Assembly (NCBI GenBank): GCA_964035545.1
Contig: OZ037772.1
Coordinates: 7,362,889-7,426,888 of the forward strand
DNA: 64,000 bases
Source of the DNA: Bugula neritina
Taxonomy: Eukaryota > Animalia > Bryozoa
Direction: 5' to 3'
The translations under genes and the position numbers were made by a program. This document shows, piece after piece, positions 13,601 to 26,862 of the stretch (the first letter of the stretch is position 1; every line of letters begins with the position of its first letter). The notes under the pieces are model-generated. The model had not been told where the DNA came from. It searched no databases and worked only from the letters and a program-made list of their open reading frames with translations.

Positions 13601-16600
13601 TGTCTGTTTGTCCAGTATTTCCTGCAACTCATTGATCTGTTGGAAGAGGGGAGAAGACATGAGCATGGAGATGTAGTCCTTCTCCGTGACGGGTCCGGCA
13701 GCAGTACCGGCAGCAGGTGAGACGGGGACAGCAACTTGTCCCATCTTGACAGTCGCTGCTGTCGTGGGACGCACGGCCTCCTGGGACGTGTCAGCGGTCT
13801 CAACGTCCAAGAAACTGACTTTAGCTCTAAAAACAAAAAGTTATGACGTACTTCAATTCTGTTTAAAAGATGTAAGATTCCGGAATATTTCTAGAGAAGA
13901 AATTTTCGAGTAAATTCACATATTTGAAATTTAAAATCTAATGTTGCAATTATGTATGACTTTAGTAAAAGACCCATAAAACTACAAAACAAAACTGTTT
14001 ATAAAAGGCTGTTATAAAAGCAGCCAATCAGAAGACACCATCCTTACGTGCTGGACAGGTCGTCAGCATCTAACTTCCTGTGTTGAAGTTCCTGTTTCTT
14101 CTGTTCTTCTGCTCTCTGCTGCAAGTCTTTGGCCAGTCTTGCCTTCACAGCTGCCGCTTTCCTCTCCCTCCGAGCTGCCAGCTTGGCCTGGAGACTCGCC
14201 TGGCTCTTCTCATTTTCTCTCTGAGTTCACAATTTAGTAGATATTAAGGAATGCGTTGCCAGACTAAAAACGCCGCTATTGCTAAACTTTGAAACCTCTG
14301 CGTAAAAAGTTCTCTCAGTTAAAATAGAACACCACCACTAGCGACAGCTGTGAGGTATCACACTCGGGTGAACATCAACAAAAAACTAAAGATATTGCTG
14401 GCAATTTCTCAGATTTAGAAAACACAGAATTCAAAGGTCGCATGCTCACAACTATCATCATCATGACCAATAAGATTAGTTTATTTATAAATTGCACGAG
14501 TGTATGACAATAATATATAATCTGTCAGAAACATCTGGGTAAAATAGTAGAGCTAAGAGAAGATGGCCTACAGGGGTCAAGGTCAAACAGGTACATTCAA
14601 TAGACCAGCTACGCTACAGACAGACTTACCTGGAACAATTTCTAATTACCAGAAGAAATATAAAATACAATGACAGATAAATCTATTAGAAAATGATAAG
14701 TCACATTCGCCAAAATATCGTTTTCTCACTATAACCGAAACTTGTAAAAAGATTAGTATAATATTGGTATAGGAGATAGTACCAGTACTTGCAAAACTAA
14801 TACTAGTACTAGTACAAAAAGTGATGTGCTATTCTTTTACATATAAACCCACCAGACTGAAAATATAAAACATTTAAAAATTTTATCTCCACTTTCAAAA
14901 TCTCACATCATCACCAAACACTGATAACATCACCACCTAAAGCTTATGACATCATCGCTCATTGCTGATGACATCATTACCAAACATTGATGACATCATC
15001 ACTCATTGCTGATGACATCTTTACCGAATACTGATGACATCATTACTAACCTGCATGTTATCTTCCAGTTTCTTTACAGTCTCCTTGTGCTCAGCCAGAA
15101 GTCTCTCTTTCTCGTCTTGAGTTTGGGCGGAGTTTGCGATTTCTTCAGCTTCCTGTAAAAAAGAGCAATATTGGAACAGTTATATCCCCATGCAGTTATA
15201 AATATCATGTATAACGGGAAAATCAAATAAGGAAACGGTAGTTCGTTGCTGAGGTGAATATTAATTGTATTGAAAATCTTGGTTTTAGCATCTGAAGCAG
15301 CTGAAATGTGACTTATTCAATGTTTAATTTCACAAGCTATAGTTGTTGTAAATAGTTTGCAACAGGGAAGACAATTTCATAAAAGAAGAGTAATTCTGAA
15401 CCTTCTGTTCACGCTCTCGGAGTTGCTTCTCGTGGAGCCGCTGTCGATCAGCGAGTCTCTCAGCTTCCCTTTGCTCTTCTCTCTTTCTCTCCTCTTCAAA
15501 GTCTTCCTCCATTTTCCTACAAGTTCAAATAAAGTACATATATTATTGAGGCCATAAAGCAAGAACCAAGGGAGAACCTGAGAAATGGTATCATAGAAGA
15601 AATCGATGTTATTTAAGACGAGACAGAAACTCGGAAGATCTGATGTGAAAATATAATAAAGTATATAAAAGAGACCATAAAACTAAAACCAAGAGAGAAA
15701 ACTTGAAAGAAGAAGACGCAAAGCACGTTAGTCAAGGTAAGAAAGAAATTCAAAAGAACAAAACTAAGAATAAATACTACTTCTGCCTAAATATTTTAAT
15801 AGAACAATCAGCAGACGTACTTGAGAGCTTGCTCGAGCTCCAACTTCTTAGCCTCAGCTTCCTGAGCTTTGGTGGCCTTAGCTTCCTCCAGCTGGACAGC
15901 CATCTTGGCTACCACGTCGTCGCGGTACTTATCTGCTGCGACCTTTGCCCTCTCCGCCTCTTCCTCGTACTGCTTGGTGAGGGCCATCTCTGGGGTCAGG
16001 TCCTTCATGGCGTCTAGCAGATCCTGTCAAGTACAGAGACTTTGTGGGTGGGGTGACATGAGTATCCCCAAGAGTGTATGTGACCTCAGGCTATACTAAC
16101 TACTAACTACATGCTATACTAGATGCTAACTACATGCTATACTAGATACTAACTACATGCTATACTAGATACTAACCATATGCTATACTAGATACTAACT
16201 ACATGCTATACTAGATACTAACTATATGCTATACTAGATACTAACTACATGCTATACTAGATACTAACTATATGCTATACTAGATACTAACTACATGCTA
16301 TACTAGATACTAACTACATGCTATACTAGATACTAACTATATGCTATACTAGATACTAACTATATGCTATACTAGATACTAACTACATGCTATACTAGAT
16401 ACTAACTATATGCTATACTAACTACTAACTACATGCTATACTAGATACTAACTACATGCTATACTAGATACTAACTACATGCTATACTAGATACTAACTA
16501 CATGCTATACTAGATACTAACTATATGCTATACTAGATACTAACTACATGCTATACTAGATACTAACTATATGCTATACTAGATACTAACTACATGCTAT

Positions 16601-19600
16601 ACTAGATACTAACTACATGCTATACTAGATACTAACTAAATGCTATACTAGATACTAACTACATGCTATACTAGATACTAACTACATGCTATACTAGATA
16701 CTAACTACATGCTATACTAGATACTAACTACATGCTATACTAGATACTAACTACATGCTATACTAGATACTAACTAAATGCTATACTAGATACTAACTAC
16801 ATGCTATACTAGATACTAACTAAATGCTATACTAGATACTAACTACATGCTATACTAACTACTAACTACATGCTATACTAGATACTAACTACATGCTATA
16901 CTAGATACTAACTAAATGCTATACTAGATACTAACTACATGCTATACTAGATACTAACTAAATGCTATACTAGATACTAACTACATGCTATACTAACTAC
17001 TAACTACATGCTATACTAGATACTAACTATATGCTATACTAACTACTAACTATATGCTATACTATATACTTACTACATGCTATACTAGATACTAACTACA
17101 TGCTATACTAGATACTATTTACATTTGCACTTCATATTTGCATAATATTAATTATGTTTCATATTCTATTTTAATCTTTCATCTTGAAACTGGTAATATT
17201 CTATAAACTATATATTTCTAACACTGAGCACATTCTATAAACTATCTATCACCGACACTGAGTAGGCATAGCAAAGCCTGAATAAGCTGTATGACTCATA
17301 CCTTCATCTGCTCTTCCTTCAGGTGCAACTTCTCATACGTATGCTTTATCTCCAGATCTCTGGCAGCGTCGTGTTTGGCAGCAGATATAATGTCTCCTGT
17401 GAGCTCATTAAAATCTGCCAGTTGTTTCTACAGTAGCACAACAAATGATTAACACATTATAAACCAATCCCGCTGTTTACAGAAACAGTTCACGTGTTGC
17501 AATGTATACCGAAATGTTTTACATTAGATAAAGGAAGCAGACATAAACAACTTGACTAATAAATTATTTAGAAATAAATTAACGCAAAAAAGTTTTTTAT
17601 CTACTACTTTATATATCCAAATAAATGAGGTAAACTGATATTTCAGATGTCACTGTATCAATCTTCAAACTTAATTGAAGTAACAGCAGTTATTTACTTT
17701 GATGAAGTAGTAAACAAAAATAAGTTTTGGTTTATTCATATTTACTAAAGCTACTAGTCTGAGAGGTTCTATTTAAATTAGCCTATATACTTTGGTGCTG
17801 AGTAACTATTACATAATCCATCAAGTTTAAAATAAAACAGAAAAATGATAAGAGAAAATAAACCAACTTAACACTCTCAACACAAATGGTATGTCTGATG
17901 ACTACAGTTACTCATCTCATACCTTATGCTGCCTCTTCAGGGAGTCCCGTTTCTCAGCCAGTTGGCTGTCGCTGAGGCTGCCGGCACTCGCCACCAGATC
18001 CATCACTTCCTGTTCCTGTAACTTCACCAACTCGGCTCTGGCCTCGTCTCTCTCCGCTCTGCAGTCGTTCTCAGTCTACAGATTCAGAGATATGTGACAA
18101 TTAGAGAAAAACTCGATCAAGTTGAAAGTAAAATAAAGTAAAATAACATTATGAGTCACAGTGTTAGTGAAACTGGCGTCTCAAAATAAAAGAGAACACA
18201 ACTATACTGTTTTGTGGCTTACGTATGTGTGTATAGGGAAAGTACGGCTGAATTTAACGGATGCGTTAGTTAAATTTAGTATTCACGGATTGAGGTTCCA
18301 CAGCTTAGTGAGATACAGAGAAAGTACTGCAAATGTGTTTCGTTAAAGAATCAAATCTTGTACATGATAGACTATGGTTGTTTTATTTCCACCCAAAAGC
18401 CTCTGCTCTGAGTTGAACACCAGTTAGAAACATTCTAGAAGATGGAAGAACCAACCTGAGCCAAGACGTTGACTCTCTGCTTAGTCTGCTGCTCTTCCAA
18501 CCTGACAGCCTGCTTCAGGTGTCTCTGTCTCAGCACTTGGAAGATGAGACTCTCCTTTTCATTGCCGTCTTTACCCTACGCAGACGTGACACAACGTCAT
18601 TACAGGAAATAAGACACCCAGTTTGTGGTGTTAGGACTAAACTGAGATGGCAGATTGAGTTCCTATATTACACCTGACCAGTAGTCGAGTATGAATTGAT
18701 TGATTGATTTATAACATATTACAGACATGAAAACATGTTGCAAAATTCAGTGTAAATACTGGCAATAATAAGTAGAACCATCATTAGAAATGCTGATTAA
18801 AATTGCTTGCATTAATAATTCTTAGAACTTTTCGAGCTCTCTGGACTAAATCATAAACTTGTTTGAAAGTAATTTAGTGTAATAGCTAACTTCTTTCAAC
18901 GAATAGGTATCAATAAAGGTATTCTAATGGGTGTTAAAAAGAAACAAAATTAAAACAGCTGTTGTAAACCAATTAAAAATTGAAAACATTCTGTTGAAAT
19001 AGTTCTGCCTATACAGATGTTGATATGAAAGTTAAATAAATAAACTATAGAGGTTAGAAAATAATAAACAAGAAACTAGTAACCTTGACAACATTCTGCA
19101 GTGACTTACAGCTGAGTGTTGTTTAAGCACGTCCTTCTCATTCTTTCTACTCGCTTCATCGTGGAGATTATCTCTCTCCTGTTGCTGGGCAACCAGTTCG
19201 TTGTTTATGGAAGTCTCGAGCTTAGCCTTGAGTTGAGCAGCTCTCTGCCGTTTCCTCTCTCCAATCTAACAACACAGAAAGTTATGAGACCATTTTTAAA
19301 TCGAAATCTTAATTTGACATAAAAACAAAAATGAATAATATAAAAGTTCCATAAGTTAAAATGTTAAAAATTAAAGTTTGAAAAATAATAACTTATTGCA
19401 GTGTTACGAGAGCTCATTGTTACTATCCCAGTAAGAACCCCCTGATGGAATAGGCATTTAGAGCAGATTAAGGGCTGTGTTACTATGATGGTACAGGAGT
19501 AATTATGACTGGATGCTCTTCCTAACATCACCAATGGCCTTTACTGGGGATCAAGACACTGACTTCCTGTTTACTAAGCCAGTGCTCTAACCACTAGACC

Positions 19601-22600
19601 ACAACTACTCCAGTGTGATGGTACAATATATACTCTCTAAAGCAACTGACCTTGTCTTGTAGACTCTTCTGCTGTCTTTCCTTCTCTCCTTCCAGATTTG
19701 ACTCCAGAGCTTCCAGATCTTTCTTATGCTGAGCCAGCAGCTTCTGGTACTCTTCCTCCGACATCTCCCGCTGTTTAGCGGCCGTCTCTCTCGCAAACCT
19801 GTTCTTCTGACTCTCCAGAGCCTATCAGACAGAGAATACAGGTTTGATACGTGTTATTTGCATGTTATTCCTACTAGTACTTTGTCTGATCTTTGTACGT
19901 GTACAAAGATCAGACAAAGTACTAGTAGAAATAACATGCTTTATTTTTCAGACTAAAATGGTAATGCCAATGGACAGGAGTACTAGTTGAAGACAAGTAT
20001 AGAGATTTTAATGACATGGAACCTTATGATCATGGTATTAAAAATGGCCGCCAAAGTTATTTGTGAACTCACCAGCTGTTTCTGCATCTCTATCTGCTGA
20101 TGCACTGCCCCAGAAGCATTCTCCAGCTCTCTGTCCAGTTCTCTCTCACTCTCTCTCAGCTGCTCCTTCACCAGAATCTCAACGTCTGCAAGTCTCTCAA
20201 TCTGCTTTTCATACACGTCTGCAGATTCTTCTTCAGTGTCGGCCATCTTGTTTGTCAACTCTATAACTGCATCCGCAGCTGAAGCCTCTCCTTTCTGAGA
20301 CTGAAAACATATAAATATTATAGAGAAAACAACCCAGAAAGAAGATGAAAAGATCGTATTGCACGCAGCAGCAAACCACCATGAAATAAGCGACTCAAAG
20401 ACAAAATGATACAGCACACAACCTCAAACACCAAAACTCAAACCATAGAGCTGAACATCAACCTATCATCAGTATTGGGAATTTAGATAATTGCTGAGAA
20501 ATAGAGAGAGATGTTGAGATAGTGTGAGAGGCCGGAATTTCAGTGTGAGTAGCAACAAAAATATATTTAGTAATAAGAAACAAAGTTGAGATGCCCGGTG
20601 GTAGTACGACAACTCCATGATGTTATTCATTAGCAGCGCAAATACCAGTTCATTCATACTCTACCTTCTCCAGCTGGCAAATTAAAGGAAATATTTTTAG
20701 TATATATTTAGGAAACCTTCTTGGAAAGGCACAAAAATAGGTCAACAGTTATACTTCCACCAATAGCAAAATCAACAGGTAAACTGATAGAAAAATTAGA
20801 GAGAATGTGTGCTTAAATGTAGATTAAATACTAATCTGAAAATTTAAAACTTTTATATTTGAATAGTTAACAACAAAAACTATGACGTTGACTTAAACAA
20901 TAAACAGTATATCTATTGGGATATGCTTTCTCTAAAATATGGGACACGCGACACTCGGACCGCAAAGAAGATGGAGTACCTGAGCCAAAGCTATCCTCGA
21001 CATTTCATCGTTAATAGCTTTCTCTTTGGTCAACTCTTCTTGCATTCGTTTCCTGGCAGCGAGTTTGGCAGCGAGTTTGTCCTTCTGCGAGTCGATGTGA
21101 CCCTGATTCTGCCTCTCCAGCTCTCTCATCATCTTCTTGTGTTCGGCCATGATGCGATTTCCTTCTCTCATGTCTGAGTCAGACACTCTCTTCCTGACCT
21201 CAGCAGTCTCAAAGTCTTGCAACTGATTCTGTAACAATCAACATGATTGGTTAGAACTCACTAGAGTTTGCAACAATCAATATGATTGGTAAGAACCGTG
21301 TATTTCATCAAAGCATATCATTGAAGATACAAGTTCAAAGGTGAGTTTAAGTTATAAGCATAAAAACTAATTGAACAAAAATTGAAGGATTTGAAGTTCA
21401 ATTTTACATCTTTATTGTTTGCCAAGTTAATACTTGACAGAAAAATGTGTATATCAAAGTTTTTAAGAATTATTCCTGAAAAATACACGGCATAATTTCT
21501 GAATTATTTTAAAAATTCAATCCATCAGAAAAAGAAGATGGTTCCAGTCAAAATATATTAGCTAATAGCACCACCACACTACAAAGAGAACTCTGCGCAC
21601 TAAACAACAAAACCTCCGCCATCCACTTCTAGCACAAGATAACCAACCTTATTCAAGTCAACCATCACACCCAGCAGCGCTGTCTCCACCTCCAGGTGGT
21701 CAGCATTCTCCTGGTCCTGCACCATCTCCAGAACCTTGGCGTTCTCTGGCTGACTCAACGTCTGTTCTGGCTCCAGACTGGCAGCACGTCTGCTAGTCTG
21801 ACTGGATCTCAGTTTGTTCTACAGAGAGTAAATTAACTGAAACCAAGGGACAACAAACGCCAGTCACAAATGTCCAGTCTCTTGAAGTGATAACTAAACA
21901 TGATTGTAATTACAGAAAACACACCTGAATAAATTAAAATCAATTTAGCATTAACCTACTTGTGCATGACATTGGCTTAAAACTTTAGTATGAAAGCTTC
22001 AAACTACGGACCAATCTAACCATTGCTACTAAATTGAATGAGTCAAAAAGAAATGAAATTTCTACTGCCAATAGGTTAATAATGAGTCATCAAAAACAAA
22101 TGATTGAGAAGACGACTCATAACAACACTGCCTAATAATATTTAGCAGACGTGTCAACTTACCTTAATAGCCAGTGATTTAGCAGACGTATCACCAAGTT
22201 TCTTTTGTTCTGATTGGATGAGCTCATCAGCTTTCTCGTCACCAAGAAGCAGACGTAACTGCTCGGCTCTGTCGGCCATGTCAGGTTCCAGTACCTCGGC
22301 CAACATCTTCTCTTGCTGGTCTGCCAGTTTTGCTTGCATTTCTGTCTGCAGTTTTTGCTGTAGGACAATATATATTCACGTTATGACAGGGAATTATGCT
22401 AAGGCTTCCTACACTATACCCATTACTCGAATCACTAGATTCTGAACTGGTGGATGCTAACCACTAAAACTATAACAAATATAATTTTCATACAAATATT
22501 GCCATATTTAATAACATTATTGGCCAAAATACATGTTTATAAACTGTCTGCTCGAAGTGTACTCGTTCTAAATCAGAGCAACTGGTAGAGCTCTATATCG

Positions 22601-25600
22601 CCTTTGTTCGATAGATAGAAGGAAGGCAGGGAATACCTGTTGTAACGAAAGTAGCTTAAGATCTTTGTTCAGTTCCTCGAATGATGGAACAGCAATTGTT
22701 GGGACACTGTCTAAAGACACCCCCAAGTTCTTAGCCTCAGTCAAATGGGCCTTGTGCAAATCTTTCTTCTGCTTTCGACGTCTGTATAAAGAAAACAAAA
22801 TGTCTACTATAAGAATAAGCTGAGGTAGGTTCATTTAAATACTAAAAAAACGTAAAAAAAATAGATGAGCAAGTATCTAGTAGGGAAATATTTATAGACT
22901 AAAAATAAACACAGAGAGTATTTGATAGTAAACATAGGAAAGGAAATACAATAGACAACTAAAATATTATATTATCACGCAAAGAGAAAATTTTGTTCGG
23001 TAAAGGAAAAAATATTGCTAATATTAAAATTTAAAGTAATGTTTTAATAAAATGAAAAAAACTAAATATGTGCATTACTAGTGAATATTACAAGATTTAC
23101 GTTAGAAATTAACATGAGAAATGGGTTTGGCAAACATAAACAAATATATCTAACTTATCAAAGAGAGTATTAGGCTCAGTGAGAACATTACTTTACAATC
23201 AACTCTATAAGGAGACTTATAATATAGATAAAGAGACATTTGAGGAGTTATGCCCCATAAGATTAACGCCATAGAAAATTCGTGTAAAACACTGACCTGT
23301 TGAGGAGTTGTTCCTGTAACTTAGAGAGCTGCTCGAGTTTTTGACTCTCCAGTTTGTCGAGAACTTTGTTTACAGACTTGGAGTGTTCGAGTATCAGCTT
23401 CTCTGCTGCTTCTGCAGTCGTCACGGTGGCCATTTGCGCTCGAAGTCGCTAAAAATGGAAATATAAAGTTGGTGAAAATTAGCTACTCTAAATAAATAGT
23501 GATACAAGTAGGAAAAAACTCAGCCAGCTAAATTAAACCATAGTTGCAAAAAAATTAAAACTCAAAACTAAATTAAAAAAACTTAAACTAAAACAAAATG
23601 AATTCGGCACTCTAAATAAAATATTGACAAAAAATTGAAAATTCAAACTAAAAGTGAGTAAAAAAAATTGGTTAAAATATTTTTATACGTATATTTCATT
23701 TAATTGTTGATAATATGTGAAAGTTTCAGTAATCAGCAAGTAACAAAAAAAGATAAGAATAAACCGAATAAAAATAGAATCTTGCAGTAGTTAAGTTTAA
23801 TAATAACGATGAACACAAAAGCACTGACTAATCTGAAAGACATACTGAGGTGTCACCATGGCAACACTAAACAAAAGAGATGTTCACCTCTTTCGCCTCG
23901 TTGATGGTATCAGACTTCTTCCCAGCCGTCTTGTCAAGGACACTGTTGATGTCGTCAATTTCCTGAGTTCGGAGTTGCGACTCTAACTTGCTAGCCTCGT
24001 ACGCCTGCTTCTCAAACAGCTGCCGTCTCATCTGCAATTACATTCAGGAAGATGCAAACACTCTGTCTAACCAGAGTTGGTAAACTGAGTAATAGAAACT
24101 AACAAAAATCTAAATAAAAAACAAGTGAAAACTATGTATCCAGGCTAGGTTAGATTATTGTTTGGAACTTCCATAAAACATTCAATTCTTAAATTTGAAG
24201 TATTTAGTGCGGATCTAATTACAGCAGGTTGGTTAACTTCAAAATAATCATTTTGTTTTAGATGTCTATAAATAATTGAGTTAGTAAAATTTAAATAATC
24301 AAGTACAAGCCATGTATCTAGGGCGAGCTCAGTTTCAACAGGTTACATAATTGTTTTTGAACTTTAACAAAGTGATTAAATAAATAAAATCAAACTATTC
24401 ATAAATGTAATGCAAATTTAATCACAGCCGGTTAGTTTTCAAAGGATGTGATAACTCCAAAATAAACAATTTGAAATTGAAATTTGACCGTAATTGCCAT
24501 GTCAATTTGAAAACTGAGGTAGTGTAATACAAATGCAAGTATGTATGTGAGAATGTTTATTATAAAAAAGAACTAGTAGATAAATATATGTACTTCAAGA
24601 AGGTCTCGATCAGACATGCCGGTCTGAGCTGGCTGCCGCAGCAGCGACGTGTTGATGACAGCAGTAGATGCTGGTTTATATGTCACATGACTCTCATCAG
24701 CAGACGTAGTGGCGGCCATGTTGGTTGAGGACACGGAACTAGCCTGTTGTACAGACGCAACTTGTCTGGTAGCTAAAATCACAAACAAACGCCAGTCTTT
24801 GAATAAGTGTTGAGCACCATGAGAAAAGCCGTCAACTTTGGGTGTGGCTGACGAAGAAAGTCATGTTTTGAAAATAAAAAACAGCAAAACTTACAAATGA
24901 AGGTTAAATAGAAAATTAACAAATAGAACTGCCAACCTTGCTGCACCGATGTAGGGGCGACTTGACTAGAAACTGCTTGACTAACAGCCGTCTGAGGACC
25001 CCCAGCGTGGAGGTGAAGGTGTTGACCTCCACGACCTGAGAGAAGGTCACTGGTCAGCACGAAGGGAGCTCCAGACTCCAGCATTGAGATGAGCTGCTTG
25101 AGCAGAGGGATGAGTTCCTGGTCGGAGGAGCTGGAGGTCAAGTTAAGTTCACCGTAAACTCCTGAGAGGACGCAGTCGTACGAGCCTACAGGTAACATCA
25201 TAACTATGTAGGGCTTGTCACCAGAAAATCAAAAGAACATTCAAAAACATTGAAATGAGTAACTAAGTACCACCAGACACTGCATGAGACGAAAATGTGC
25301 CATTGATGAATAAATAATATCTATTTAGTTTATAACTAATATATACAAATAATTTGAGGATGAAAAATGTCATGTTTGATAGCGACAAACTTTAATAGCA
25401 AGCAACCAGCATAAAACACATCTAGAATTCTGTTTAACTCGGGCTCCACTGCATTGTAACATATTTACGGTATCTATAATTTTCATGGCTAAATGCATCA
25501 ATATTCGAAGTCAAGTTGCGAACAGAAAATAAGGCTAATGGATTAAACTCATGTAGTTTATTAAAAAAGTGTGTACCGGCTATGAGTGACTCCCCGTTGA

Positions 25601-26831
25601 GAATGTCCTTGGCCTCCTTGGCTAGAATCTCGGCTACAGTTCTGAAGAACTCGACGTAAGCCTTAGTCTTGGAGAGAAGTTCTAGAAGAGTCCAGATCTG
25701 GTCGGAGATTCCAGCGTGTTGCCTCACTTTGCTCTGTCTGTGTCTCTGGAGAAAGAGGAAGGAAACATGTCAGAGAAAGTGTGCTAGTAACAACTTGGCA
25801 CAGTGAAGAGTTCAGCAATAGAGAATACGTAAAAGTGCTTTACTTTACAGAGTTATGCCTTGCATATATACAAACAAATGCTCATCAGTTGCATGCGGAA
25901 AGTAAAATCCTAATGCTAAGTCACAAAAGAGGCAAAAAACCAAAGTCCCGACTTCTGTATATCAGACAACATGGTGTGGCAAACATCCACAAACAAATAG
26001 ATTCGGATATAAACTCTTAAATTTCAATTTTTAGAAAAATCAAATTACTTGTTTATTTGTTTGTTTGTTTGTTTTCTTTATTTCCATCAAAAAAAACAAA
26101 AGGACAAAAAAATACAAATATACAACAGTAACACAAAAAGAGCTAAATTCAATTTATATATAATATCAATCGAAGTCAAGATGGGGGCCCATGTGCTCAG
26201 TAGCATAGCTATTCAAGGAACGGGGCCCAAGTGGCAGTTGAAAAAATAGTGGGAACTATTTATTCAGATTAAGTTAAAGATTTTAGTAGGTGCTTTTTCA
26301 ACAATATTTTAAATGTGGCAAAGCTTTGATGATGTCTTAAGGTCAGAGGTAGCTTATTCCAATTGCTAGACATCTGGTAGGACACTTGACGATGACCTGC
26401 TGCGGAGGTAGAGATTAATATTTAACATCGAATTAAAATGATTAGGAAAGGTTGGAACAGTAAAACTGGGCGCTATCCTAAATAAAATACGACTTGTGAT
26501 GCTATAAATGAGAGAGAATCAGTGCAGCTGATATACTAAGTACCTGTGACAGGACAGCTTCTGCATCGGGGTTCATCGCTCCATCCAGCTCTGTCTTCTG
26601 ATCCTCATACTTAGTTTCCTCAGCAGACATTTTGACGAGGAATTTATCAATGACCTGTAATATATTAGCGGGTGAGTGAGTGGTACTAGTAGTAGTAGTA
26701 GTAGTAGTAGTAGTAGCAGTGGTAGTAGTAGTAGTAGTGGTAGTGGTAGTAGTAGTAGTAGCGGTAGTGGTAGCAGTAGTAGCAGTAGTAGTAGTAGTAG
26801 TAGCAGCAGTAGCAGTAGTAGCAGCAGTAGC

Positions 26832-26862
<31 letters not shown>

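Noticed and set aside
16090-17118. CRISPR-like regular repeats (also 8069-8320 and 58903-59027)
   Set aside because: Units are directly adjacent with no unique spacers, there are no cas genes, and the context is eukaryotic intron.
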